DNA of 64,000 bases from Chrysomallon squamiferum (lineage: Eukaryota > Animalia > Mollusca), in the NCBI GenBank assembly GCA_012295275.1, contig CM022666.1, forward strand, positions 15,004,001-15,068,000, read 5' to 3'. A program made the translations under genes and the position numbers. This document shows, piece after piece, positions 50,201-63,604 of this stretch; position 1 is the stretch's first letter; every line of letters begins with the position of its first letter. Below the pieces are notes generated by a model that saw only the letters and a list, made by a program, of their open reading frames with translations, made no database searches and had not been told where the DNA came from.

Positions 50201-51251
50201 TGTACACCCTCTGTTTTAACTTAACATTTTACATTAATTGTACATCCTCTGTTGTAACTTAACATTTGACATTAATTGTACATCATTAATTGGAACTTAA
50301 CATTTAACATTATCTCTCTTCAGCTGTAACTTAACATTTTATATTAACAGTTAACAGAATGTCCTCTATTTGTAACTTGGCATTGTACATCAACAGTACA
50401 TCCTCATCTGGAACTGAACATTTTACATTAACTGCATGTCCAGTTGTAACATTTTACATTTTTGCATCTGTTCATCCATGTTTACCCAAATCAATATTTT
50501 CCTTGATGTGTTTAAGATTTTAACACATTGTATATTAACAAACAGTCTGCATTCGTTGTGTGAGCAGTGATGTAGGAAAACAATTCAGAATAAAAAAAAT
50601 TAAACACTGAATAATTTAATTTACTTAGAAATTACCTTTCACAAGCTGTAAAATAAAAAATAAAAAATATATAGTACAAAATATGAACTTAAAAATAAAA
50701 ATTAAAAAATTAAACAATTTACTGATGAATTTAAATAATAATAATAATAATGATAATAAGTAATAAAAATAACAGCAAACAAAAAAATAATAATAATAAC
50801 TAATAAAAATCATAACAACAACAATAATAATAATAATAATAAACGTTTCTTTAATTTTCTGGTATCTCTGAAGATGAAATGCTGACAGTTTTTCTAACTA
50901 ATATATTAACCTGATTCCAAATTTGTTTTCCGATATCATCACTCGTCCACAGTTTAAAATAAAGTAGATTAGACTTGTAAATCACGTTACTCTCAGCTGA
51001 TGCAATGCCTGTTTATCCGGCCTATTGTATTCACTACTTACCATGTCCATCTAATTCACGGAGAGATATGTCACTTATAAATGTACGGTGTATCTGTAAT
51101 ATCCGATGCCCTTTTGGCAAAACTATTAATGTGGCAAACTAGTTTCTGTAGCCAGTTTTATTATGTTTCTAAAGATACATTTTTCTATAAAGCAGACTGA
51201 ACTCTTGTTGTTGTTGTCAGCTAACTTTATCTATATCAAAGGGGATTACAC

Positions 51252-51302
<51 letters not shown>

Positions 51303-51320
51303 AACACACACACACACACA

Positions 51321-51353
<33 letters not shown>

Positions 51354-54300
51354 TCAAGTGCGCAGGGACATAGCTTATACTCTCACTAACTCATTCTGTC
51401 TCTGATAATTTAAAATAGGCAAATTATTATTATTATCTAATTATGGCATGACATGGAGAAAATATTCAAGTCTTATTTGCTAATGAAATCAAATTTAGGT
51501 GATCAGTTTAAACAAACTACCTCCATTTTACAAAATGTTTGTTCATTCCTACTGAAAGGTTTAAGACTGGAGTGTTACGGTCACAGCTATTATCAAAGAA
51601 TCAATGGAATTTTATATAAATTTTGAACAATTTATGAATTACAGATCGTTCAAATTTCTCAATTTATCTATAAAAATTACCCCAAAATTTCAAATGAACA
51701 ATGTATTAAGACGGTATCTCAAATGTAACAATATTACTCTTTTTTTTCACGAAAACAGCAGTGATTTAGATCAGATTTCATTTAGAAGTAGCTTCATCTG
51801 GATTCATTATTATTGAAAGTATTAGTTATTTCAGAAGATTTATATTTTAAATCAGGAATACATTGTTATGGGAAAAAAAAAAAAAAAACAGAAATAAATA
51901 AATAAATACATTTTAAAATTATAATATAATAAAAAAAAAATAATAATTATAATATTAATAAAATAAAATAAATCATTTAAATTCAGTGATATGTACTGAA
52001 TTACCAAAAAGCTAACACAATAAATGATTGGGAGGGTCACAGACACATGTAAATCTGTATAACATTTATGCCCTTTCGGAAGTAAATTGCTCCTTCCCTC
52101 CAAAATATCGAACTTGTTTAGCAGAATCTATACAGGCATTACATCCACTGCAATAAGATTTTTTTTAATTTAACATTGATAAAGACTTGCTTTTAATAAG
52201 AAGCTTGACACTATCCATTTTATTTCAAAACAGCAATAATGACAGTGTAAATCTGAACAAGGGTACACTTTATAATTTTAGCATGCTTGTTACGTTTTAA
52301 ATATCTGTAAATATAATTCCATCTGCATGAACTATCAGTAAATTGAGAATTTTACCAAGATTGTGCTAACATGCTAAAGGAAAAGAAATGCCTTTAATTG
52401 TAAAACACCTGAATGAAGTGAAGTTTGGATTGGGAACTTGAAGCTCTTTTAGAACTTCTGATAATTTACTGCATACTTTGGTTTTATTTTATGAGACAGT
52501 AATATTAAACTACTTACTGGTAGTTCACTTGATGTGGATCTTATTTAAAACTGACATTAATTTTATGTTATGTTAAAATATATTAATTTAAAATGATGAC
52601 GGATTTTGATTTTAAATAACTGAAATAACTAGATATTTATTTACATCAACTTTTAAATTTAATTTAATTTTTTTATTCCGGAAATATAAAAGATATTTAA
52701 AAAAAAACATGATTAAAAATAGTACCATGGTCAGAATCAAGCTCCTGTTGAAAGCAATGCTAAAGTCCTTATCAATCACATACCTTACACTGCTTATACC
52801 ATAAGTCTATGTTCTTTCGCTGAGCCTTTGTGAAGTGATCCCATGCTTTCTGTCTGAGTGCTGCCGAGAACACTTTTTCTATCTGATCAACTTAAAATGG
52901 CAATAAAACAGCAATGAATACACAGCACAGCCTAGAACATCCAGCCAATATCTACCAGGCAGAAATTCGTCAGTCATTTTCAGTGGATTTTTACATATAA
53001 AATAACACTACAACATCTAAGTAGTATAATGTTTAGTAATGTGGAAAAAGAAGTTATACATTTATTATTTATTTATATTTTATTTTTTTTTATTTTTTTT
53101 AAACTGAATTTAATTGGTGGAAGGCTTTTTTTCTTTCTACATTTTTTATTTAGAGGTTTATCTCTATTTATTTATTTTTTAGTTAGTCTATAATACATCA
53201 ATACTGTATTGATAATAAAATAATCTTTCCACTGAAAATAAATAATGGATTTCCACACAACTCAATGTGTATACAAACCATAGAAAAGATTCAGCTTTGC
53301 TGTTCTCATAATTAATATTAGCTCTGAACAGTCATCAAATATTTAAATTTTAGTTAAAATTAAAGTGTTTAAATTTTTGTTCACATGTAATATTCAAAAT
53401 ATAATAGTTTGGTGTTCTTAAAATTTTAAAATGAATTTGTAACATTTTTTCAAAAATATATTTAATTTATATTTCAAATTTTTAATTTAGTATTTACTTT
53501 TTATAATGCTAATAAAGTAATTTCATAATATATTTAATAATTTTGAGATCCTGAACAAAGATAAATCAACATGTTTTGAAGAGATTTTATGGCTGTATAA
53601 ACATTTTATGATTCATGTTTAATTAATTTACTGCAAGACACACATTTAAACAATTTCTGATACGTCACTGCAAAAACACACACACACAATGCACAAACAC
53701 GTGTGCACATATGTGAACACACACTCACACTCACATACAAATATTACAAATGGTACATAAATTTATAGTTAAAAAAAAAAAAAAAAAAAAAAAACCACAA
53801 ATAACTTAATAAAAATCTAAAAATATACTATTTTTAAACTTCAAAGATACGTGATATAAACATCGGCTGTTTAGAGGTGTTCTGCAGTAAATTCATTAAA
53901 ACTGTTTAGCAGTAATTCCAATACAGACTTTTATTCACCTACCTTTGTGGATTTGACACACTATAGCGAAGTAAAACACGACGATATAAAGATTATCTCC
54001 TTCTTGGTAAGTAAGCAAAAGCTCAATACACCATCATCTATTTTCAAAAGGTTAGTGGGAATTTGGTTTCACAACTACTCGATTATTCTTATAATCTGTA
54101 TGACTTTGTTGTAAGATGATAAATAAAAAAGAAAAGGAAGTTTTGTTTCCAGATTAAATCATGAATATGAAGAATATGCAAAACTATTTTATTATTTTTC
54201 ACTGCTTCTCTGCATATTAATAAAAACCTCCAAAACTTTTCTTTAAAAAACTATTTTATTAAATGATTAATTTCTGAGCTATAGTTTGGTGATAGTTTTA

Positions 54301-55158
54301 ATTTAGGACATAATAATCAGAAAAGAAATTTAGATTGTCAGTTGTGAAGCAAATGTTGAAAATAATGACAGAAATTTGATCTCAAACATGAAGATGTTCA
54401 AACACATTGTACTCAAAAACTGCAGTGACTAAATGAGATAAATCATCATTATACTGCAGAATGACACATTTTTAGAGCAAAAGTGCATTTATTATATACC
54501 TTAGTACATACTATCTATCTACAATTTCTAACATGAGGAGAAACAATATGATCCTGCTTTAAGTATTTTTCTCTGTATTTCAAACAAGGAAGTTTAAAAC
54601 AAAGGTGTACTTATTACAAACATCAGACGCCAGTTTCTTCTAATATGATCAAGTAGTGTTTGTATTAAGAATTCACAATATATTTGCAACTGAAGAAAAT
54701 GACAAACAACCTTGTTTTAAATATTTCTGTTTCTGCCGTTTCAAATAATGCAATACAATAAAAGTGTTCTGAAATTGATGTCAACCCCATATACAAACTA
54801 ATATTACTTTTTCATATAGCTTGGAGCATGTTTTATTTTCTAGATGATGATGATGATGATCATTTTTGATATTTTTGCCTACTTACCAAGATATCTTTCT
54901 GCGAACATTTATGATCCGACCGATATCCGATTTGAAATCTGAATTATTTCTGTACGAGTACACTAAGAATTTCCCCAGGCTGCAGCATGGTTTCAGCAAA
55001 ATGCTAATGTTTGCACTGATGTGAACAAATAATTTAAATTTTTGGTGAATTGTTGATTCTATTCAGCCATTAATCATCGTTAATAAAAATAAAATAAAAT
55101 AAAAATAAAATAAAAAATAAAATAAAATAAAATAAAATAAAATAAAATAAACAAATTA

Positions 55159-55206
<48 letters not shown>

Positions 55207-58200
55207 CAGAATCATAATAAAAACATGAAAAAAGAAAATTAAGAAAAATGATATTAACAAATATTAACATTATTTTTAAATTAAAAATAATAATAAAAAC
55301 CAGGCTGATGTAATTTTTTAAAACCTAAAATTGAGTGCATGCTGTCTGTTAAGTGTTAGTTGTGAATGTTATTTGTGAAACTGCCGTGCTGCAGCACAAG
55401 GAAAATCTTAACTGTTTCTGATCTACCTGATTTCGACTCATCCTTGCTTGTATACTAACCGTGTGAGCGACGCGTCACTATCGTGTTAATAATTAACGTC
55501 TTACGTTAATGGTTTAGCTAAGAATCATATGGTCTGTATGTTAAAACAGGCGAGGGTTTTATTAATATCCAAACTGATTCTACTGCGAGTCAAGACATTG
55601 GCTGGATATGTTTTAATTACTTACAAATCAGACACGACACGATCCTCAGCATCGGAAAAAAAAGAAAGAAAAGAAAACAACAAAAAAAACCGCACATTTA
55701 TCTTCAACAACGAAAACCGCGGAAACAATTCTGAGAAATTCCAATAATCCTTCGAGATACCGATTCTAATTACATTTCAGAAATTTTTTTAAATTGAAAA
55801 CAGGATTTAGTAGACTGTATATATAAAAAAAAAAGTACATACATTGTTTGATAATATCCTGAACTCTCATCCGAATTCGTATCTTCAGGTTTTCCAGCTC
55901 CTCCTCAAGCTGCTGTTTTTCATTGAGAAGTTTGCGTACATGCGAGTTCACAGCCTGAATCATGCTGTAGAAGACCACAGCTGACCTACGGTTGCAGTGA
56001 CCACGGTCAATCCACTGGACAAGGGTATTGGATGCTACTGTAAACTCTGCATCGTCTGATTAATATTAACAATATTAACAAAAAACGTTTTAACTGGTTA
56101 TAGACACTTGCAATAAAGCATGTTACATCTTGGTGTGTACTGTCACTGTATTTATGTATAAACTGCGAAGTATTACCTTCAAATTGTCCTTTACAAAATA
56201 TACTACTGTGTTGGATATCACTGTTATTTTTATAAAAGTATTTTTCAACTGTTATTTGCCAATTAATATTTATTACATCAACAAGATACATCTAAACTGA
56301 AATATCTTAAAACCCTGATTCATTTACAACAATTTATCAGAAATGGCCTTTAAGAATCATAATCTCATTCGAAAACATAATAAAATCTTTCTCTAACATT
56401 AAAAACATTTATTAAAAATAATTAAAAAATTAAAGCATTTAAAGACAGATTTGAAAAATTTAAATATTAAAAAAAAAAATGAAAAATGAAAACATTTAAT
56501 TTACTTGTGCATCCTTTTATTTTCTCAGAGAGTACTGAGGCCTCTGAGTCGGTGTAGTGAGTGAGCGGTGGGGGACTAGGAGGGCGGAGCAGGGCCTGCT
56601 GTAACCTCTCCTGGTGTCTCATCTCTCTCAGCAGCGCCCTCTCCTGGCACTCGTACTCGTACTGGTCATCACGAGCGTTGGCGTAGTCGACGTGGATACG
56701 GCCAGTGTTTGCCTTGTCATCTTTATCTTCAATCTTCATCCTGTAACCTACAAGAATTATGTCACAGAAATTGTTTCAGATACCAGCCTAGGAAGATTTT
56801 CTCATCAAAAATGATCAAAGTAACATAAAAGAAATATTTAAAGTACTCAGGTTTAATGCATTTGGCAGGTCTTCATGACATAATTCTGAAAGCTAATTTA
56901 TTAAACTTCTACGCAAAATATCCATGAAAGAACTACAAAATGGTTGAGGTATATTTAAATAATTCTACAGCCAGTGGACCTTAGAACAGGAGAGGCAATT
57001 ACTGCAAAACCCTTTACAACAGTTTAAATGGAAACTTGTTTTAAAATAAAACATCACTAACACCATTGATAATTATAAAAATATCACTAGTTATCTCTTA
57101 AACTATTCTTCTTATTTTTAAATAACCTTTGACAATCAGGAAATATCAAACTCACCTGATATAAAAAGAGCTTTTTCTACAGAATCCTGAAACTCAAATC
57201 GGATGTGAGCAAAGTTTTTCTTGCTGATGCGTAAACTGACGATGTTGCCACATTTCTCAAACACCTCAGTGAGAATTTCCTCAGTTATGTTTTCTGGTAA
57301 ACCACCAACAAAGATTGTTCGACAACCTGGTGGTCGTTCACGCACACTTCGTGGCGCAGCATCTACAACATTAATTAAATGTTATCATTACAATGAAATC
57401 TAATGTTACTGCTGGGGACTGTTTTGCTTGTTTCGTTTATTTTAATTAACTGATATCAGCGGAAACTGAATTTTTAAGATATATATATGCAGAAATAAGA
57501 AATTCAATATTTGTTAAAAATATATATTTAGAAATTATATTTGTGGAATTCTCTATTAGTAAGACAGGTGACAATAGAAATATCACACAGAATAAAAATA
57601 CCAATAAAAAAAACTAACACAAAACATTAAAACATTTTAAAATATTATATCTTATTCATTTTGTAAAACAATATTCTTCTGTGTCATACATAATTCAAAA
57701 ACTATAAAATGAAATACAAAATAAAATGATACTTTATTCTTTTCTAACATATCGATATGCTTATTTATACAAACTGACGAAATTATTTTTGAATTATTAA
57801 GAGAACGGAGTATCTTAAATTAGGCAGTATCTTAAATCTGACAAAAGACGAAGAATTCATTTACATATAAATATATAAATATCTGTTAACACTAAAGTAT
57901 ACTCACTCTGTGGTGGGGGGTAGAGGACGCAGGACTTCAACGTGATCACCTCCCTCTCGGGTGGGGGACCCATCATCGTCATGTTCATCAACGCAGGATC
58001 CATTGTCCCCATTGGTCCCATCATACCATACTATCAACAAAGCCAAAAGTTTTTTAACAATTTTAAAATATGTAATTAATTACTTATGTTTCAGTAACTT
58101 TGCAATCGTAATTTTGAAGAAGACTGGGTAAATCGAGTTTGTTTGTAAAAGCAAGCCTCATCCTTTTGCGAACACTTTTTATTAGAATATTTCTGTCAAG

Positions 58201-58783
58201 AAATCATGGCTCCTGATTTCATTCAGAGTCACACTAAATTCATTACTTTTCAAATAATAACAGAAACACCTGTGTTAGCTGTAGTAATTAGTAACTTCTT
58301 TAAAAGAAGTATTTTTTTTTTTCTGGATTGAAATGAAATGGTCTTCATATAAGATTATGAAAAAAACATTGTCAAACAAGCAGTGATTTTCATTTTGCAG
58401 AAGCATAGAAAACTAAACTAGAAAAAAAAAAAAAAAATTCTTAAATGTTTAAAGGTTTATTAATATTTATTAGCTTATTTTTTAATCCTAATGGACAACT
58501 CTCTGAGTCAATCAATGCAATAAAATTCACAGTTATAACAAAACAATACAGACTGGAATACATACCTGATTCATTGCCATCGGCCCCATCATCATCATGT
58601 TTGGATCCATGTTCGGTCCTATCATATTAATCTGCGAGTTTGGGTCTATGTTTGGTCCCATCATGTTCATCATGTTCATGCCATACATTCCTTGGGCTGG
58701 CATCATTGGTCCGGCTGGCATATCAGCACTTTGAGTCGTTGTACTTGACGGCATTTCATCTGTCAGTAAATCAACCATGCACA

Positions 58784-58814
<31 letters not shown>

Positions 58815-59344
58815 TAGCATCCATCATATTACAAAAATTAAACTCATAAAAATTTTCTTATTTTAAGTCTTAATCTTAGTATAAACTCAGTAGATTTATC
58901 ACAAAATGCCTATCCTATTAAACCTCTCCATAATACTAGTAAGTAAGGCCATACTCCCATGATACAACACAATACCAGAGCAGTAAAATAATGTACTATC
59001 ACAGCAAATGTATAGTAGTAATACAACATCTGCCTATCCCAACATAAACAAAAATGCAACATAGTTTATGACAGTTTTGCAGAAAAATTTTAAACACTTT
59101 CACTGAAAACAGAATTTAAACTCTTCGAAACTTTCTTTCGCAGATTTTCTCATTACTTTCAATTTCCCATCTTATTCTCATAAAAAAAAAATAACAAAAC
59201 AGTCAGCTAGTAAATAAATTCAGAGCTGAGACTGTACAAGATCATACACTCACCTTTCCCTGAACCATCATCGTATCTGTGCACTGGAGGTTTGTTCTTA
59301 TTCATGTTGAAAGCCAATGGCAAGTTATTGCTTGCAGGATCCAT
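46102..59344 (-). CDS. ENOX1: Ecto-NOX disulfide-thiol exchanger (ENOX1/ENOX2 co-orthologue), RRM protein; 12 coding exons, ~659 aa
   Basis: Exons (-): 59254-59344, 58566-58759, 57907-58030, 57156-57362, 56505-56747, 55843-56055, 52784-52890, 49170-49290, 47911-48071, 47546-47692, 46938-47088, 46102-46322; total 1980 nt, phases consistent. ENOX motifs: RERPPGCRTIFVGGLPEN, GRIHVDYANARDDQYEYEC, RPPSPPP, FYSMIQAVNSHVRKL, QKAWDHFTKAQRKNIDLW, LKDENDILRCQMEAFKNEV, FLHVHPFGATIDYLWSY. Confidence 0.92.
48372..49140. repeat. ~37-40-bp minisatellite (GGTATAAAATATAATCATTACAGTTTCATCAAGTACTCACT), ~19 copies, next to an ENOX donor
   Basis: Visible tandem units; part of the unit matches the real intron start (+ strand ATCAAATACTCAC at 49157-49169). 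Confidence 0.9.
50080..50460. repeat. ~37-38-bp minisatellite (TTGTAACTTAACATTTTACATTAAYTGTACATCCTCTG)
   Basis: About 10 tandem, partly degenerate units in an ENOX intron. Confidence 0.85.
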
Positions 59345-59346
59345 GG

Positions 59347-59364
59347 TCAGACAAATCTAGTCAT
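59347..59364 (-). promoter_or_regulatory. 5-codon uORF (MTRFV*) ending 2 nt upstream of the ENOX start codon
   Basis: The minus strand reads cag|GA ATG ACT AGA TTT GTC TGA CC ATG G. Confidence 0.6.
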
Positions 59365-60684
59365 TCCTGAAAAGAAAGAATTAAAAATATATAATTTCTC
59401 TCACTAGGCCTTGTAAGTATGATCAAATAAATTTTTAAGGAACCACTGATTCAATCACACGAGTAATTATTAAAAGTAAAATCTCAAAATAAACTTGCGT
59501 ATTAGATCTAGATCTTGACAAATGAATTTTTGTTTTCAGCATTTTCATGTGATGAACAATTCCTTGCAAATTTATCATTTTGCATTCAGAATGTGATACC
59601 TGTCTCACTAACATGGCAGGACACAAGTCTCCATCTGCAACTGGGAGGGTCTATCAAAATTCAGATGAAAATCTGGATTGTTTTTCAGTAGCCAAAGTTG
59701 CTAGAATTTTGTTAACTATATGTCTGATGTTACATAACTGTGTATTAAAAACAAGTGCATTTTTAAATACATTAGTCTTTTATCACGTCCCTTTAGGTGT
59801 TTGTTTTTTCAGTGTGTGTTTTTTCTTTTGTATTTTTTTTTCTTCAAATAAATCATTTTCCTTTCACATTTTGTTTATATTGTTTGTGCTGTTACTCGAG
59901 TGCAGCTAATAGCAGGATTCCAAAATGTCTCATATTTATGTGAATTAATAACAGTTTCAGGTCAACTGTCTTCCGATACTTCTTGAATGCTGCTTGTAAT
60001 TCATGTGGGTCTGAATAATTATAAAAACAAATAATTATATATTGTATAATTAATACAAACATATTATTCAGTGTGTGCATTAAAACCTTTGATAGCGTAA
60101 ATGTAACAGTAAATATGTATTCATCGTAGTGTAATTTCTGTTGAAAATAATTAACAACTGTCTAAGATGCTGGGTGTATTTCAAGTATAATGTATAGTAC
60201 AAACAATAAATTACTATTTTGGACAAAAGAGATAATAAATAAATTTGGATTTAAAAAATAATTATTATTCTATTTATTTTAGTTTATTTGACTGCTGTTG
60301 TGCCGTGTACATATTGTAGAGTTGTTCAAAACAACAATCAATAAAAAAAAAAAATTGTCCAAAATTCACCGACAATACTGTGAATACATTAAATGACTTC
60401 TGGCATTTTATATGATCTCATTATTCATACAAATGAACAAAAGTTGGCCATTACGCAGGCACAATCATTATAATGCAGCGAAAATTCAAGAAACCCAACT
60501 TTTGTGAAAGCCTGGACAAAGTCACGAAAGTGACACAAATGATCAATCAGACACAAACTGCAAATATGAAGCCTAACCTAAATTTGACTTCGCCAATATT
60601 TAATACATAAAAATTAATGGATTTTTCATAAACAATTTAACAAGAAACAAGTAATTTGATGATTTAGTTACAAGAAATTAGCTA

Positions 60685-61562
60685 ATACATTTACGCACCA
60701 CAATTTCACTTCAAAATGGCTTCTGACTAGTCATTAAATGATCGAAATGCCGCAACTGCGTTAGATGGAAATAAATCAAACAAACACTAAATTTTACTTT
60801 AAGCATGTCAGATTAACTTTCTGATAGTTATCTGATAACATTAATGCAAACAGAGGGAAAAAAAAATTAACTGACAAATTTATGCAAAATTATGCACTAA
60901 ATTTAACAAAATATCTTCGTTCTTTCATTTTTTTAACCATTAACCGGAAATAAACGATCAACATTTCCGTATAAAAATATTATTTTTCTAGTTTCGTATT
61001 AAAATAAGAAAAGTAAGTTTAATTTACAATAATATAGCTGCTGTATTTTCTATAATTAAATTAATATTATTTATCTGAATTTTAAAATTCCAATGAAAAA
61101 ACATGTATTTTAAAAGGATCCAAGTGAAAACCGTAACCGACGTTTGAAACCTGTATTATTTTTATTGTCACTGGGAAAATATTGACTGTCGGACCGTATG
61201 ATATTAACATGTTTCTTCTTTTTTATACTGATTTGTAATTTCAATTTTAAAATTCTTATTTGCAATGCTTCTTTAGTTGATATTTATCACCAGAATGTTT
61301 ATCTGACCACTAAATTACCACTATCAGACTGTAAGATACATTAACTTTAAGGTAAACCATAATATATTAATAAACAAATTAATATCTTCTAATGAAATAT
61401 ATTTCACGACTGATGTCATTTAATTTGAACATTTTGATTTGCATTAATATGCTTAATGTAGAAAAAAGATTTCCTATGGTACTTTATTAATGGTGGTTTG
61501 ATGTTCTTTTCGGTTATTTATCAGGTCGCAACCTTTCATTAACTTTACTTAGGATTTACAAA
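60685..61562. promoter_or_regulatory. Candidate shared bidirectional promoter region for ENOX (-) and MPI (+)
   Basis: Head-to-head gene arrangement; minus-strand donor-like GTAAAT at ~60689-60694; YY1-like CAAAATGGC at ~60712-60720; ETS-like CCGGAAAT at ~60945. Confidence 0.4.
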
Positions 61563-62455
61563 ATGGGCGATAATCCCAAAGGTTCGGTAGTTATAACTGT
61601 TTAAATTATTTTTCCACGACTGTGAATTATTGTATTATTGCAGTCTGGATTTATTAACTTTAAAAATATTATGCATTGACTAACACTTGCAACAGTCTTA
61701 AATTAAGTTAAACAAATAATAATTTGCAGGCATGTTGAAATGGTATTTGAAGTAAGAATCAGAATGGGGGCTAACTAGTATCTTTGTACATACATTTTGG
61801 ATAGAATGTGTCCGGAGCAGTAAATACGAGATAGGGAAATCAGGGAGATAATAGAAAGAGAAGAAAAATAAAATATTACCTAAATATATATATTTTTTTT
61901 CACGTTCCTGATGCAAATGTTTTATTACTTGTACGATGACGTAGTATTATAAATTAATACTGATCTAATAATAATTAATATAGTCATATAATAATATATA
62001 TTATATACAAAACGATTATCTTAAGGGTATAAATAATATTACTGTATTGTTACTCAGCATGGAGAAGCAAAACTTTATCCTCAAAATACAGATGACTTAG
62101 CAGCAATAGCTTATTCAGTGCAAGAAGCCTGTACATAAAAACTGATTTTGTTATTATTTGTTGAGAAATATTTTATCTTTTAATATCACAATATGATATG
62201 TATTTGATACAATTTGTAGAATAAAATAGACTAATATTATTGAAACCATTCTTATTTGCTATATAAATTTTCACAGTAATATGATGACAAAACTGTACTT
62301 CTTATTTTGTTTTACAGTATTCTTTTTGAAGTGTAGTGTTCAGAAATATGCCTGGGGTAAGATTGGAGAGGAGAGTGAAGTTGCCAGATTGGCTCGTTGT
62401 GCAGATCCAGCATTTACTATAAAACCAGATGAAGCATATGCTGAGGTGTGCATTT

Positions 62456-62491
<36 letters not shown>

Positions 62492-63543
62492 CCTATCCCT
62501 CTCCCTCTACCTATCTATCTCTACCTACAAAATATTTAGATTTTCCTGTAATATAAGCTGCTGTAATTGATAATTTATCTACATAACAATGATCTTTCAT
62601 GCACCAAACATAGGTAACATTCAGAATGTGTGTGTGTGGGTGTGGGTGTGTGGGTGGGGGTGGGTGGTTTCATGGCAGAACCACTTAAATTCGTAATATT
62701 GCAAAATTACATTTTTCCAGTTAATTTTTAATGCTTCATGTTACAGCAGGGTTACATTTCACTTATCTGATTTTAAGACTTTACATTTTAGTTAGCTGCA
62801 GAGTTCTTTAACCTTCAAGATTGAAATATTTTTACAAATTTCAGCTGTGGATGGGAACTCATCCCAATGGCCCATCAATGGTGGATATCGAGGGTAAAAG
62901 CCACGAGTCACTGGGTGACTGGATCAAAAGGAATCCAGATAGCCTTGGATCTGAGGCGAAAACATACTTCAATGGAGAACTGTCATTCCTGTTCAAAGTC
63001 CTTTCAGTAAACACGTCCCTCTCAGTCCAAGCTCATCCTCATAAGGTGATTTGATGATATCCGTATGTAAATCAAAAAACATTTTACTGATAAAACCTGC
63101 ACACCGATAGCAGTCTTTAAATTTATTTTCTACATGTGTATACTTCAACAAAAGGATTTTAATTTTATTGTTATTGCTTGTATATTTTAAGGTACATGCA
63201 GCCCAACTGCACCAAAAGTTCCCTGATTTGTATAAAGACAGTAACCATAAACCAGAAATGGCGATAGCCTTGACACCTTTTCAGGGTCTCTGTGGGTTTC
63301 GACCTATTGTTGAAGTAGCCAAGTTCATGACAGGTATCAAATTATTTTTTATTAATATTTTACAAGTGTTTCTGTCAGAAAAGTTGGTTAGTATTTAAGT
63401 GTGCTGCTGAATTTATTATGATGTCTGTGTTTGTTTTAATCAAAGATCAGTATATCTTCTTTTTTTTTTGCTTAACTGAATAACTTGCTTTAATACTTAA
63501 GATTAAAATTAGTTCATAATTTACTCACTAATATAAGTTTGTA

Positions 63544-63604
<61 letters not shown>

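Larger units (their letters stand above)
48186..52535. repeat. Two dispersed copies (~48186-48335 and ~52410-52535) of a ~130-150-bp element in ENOX introns
   Basis: Shared blocks TGAATGAAGTGA.GTTTGGATTGGGA, TTTTAGAACTT, TTTATGAGACA.TAATATTAAAC and AGTTCACTTGAT occur in the same order and orientation. Confidence 0.75.
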
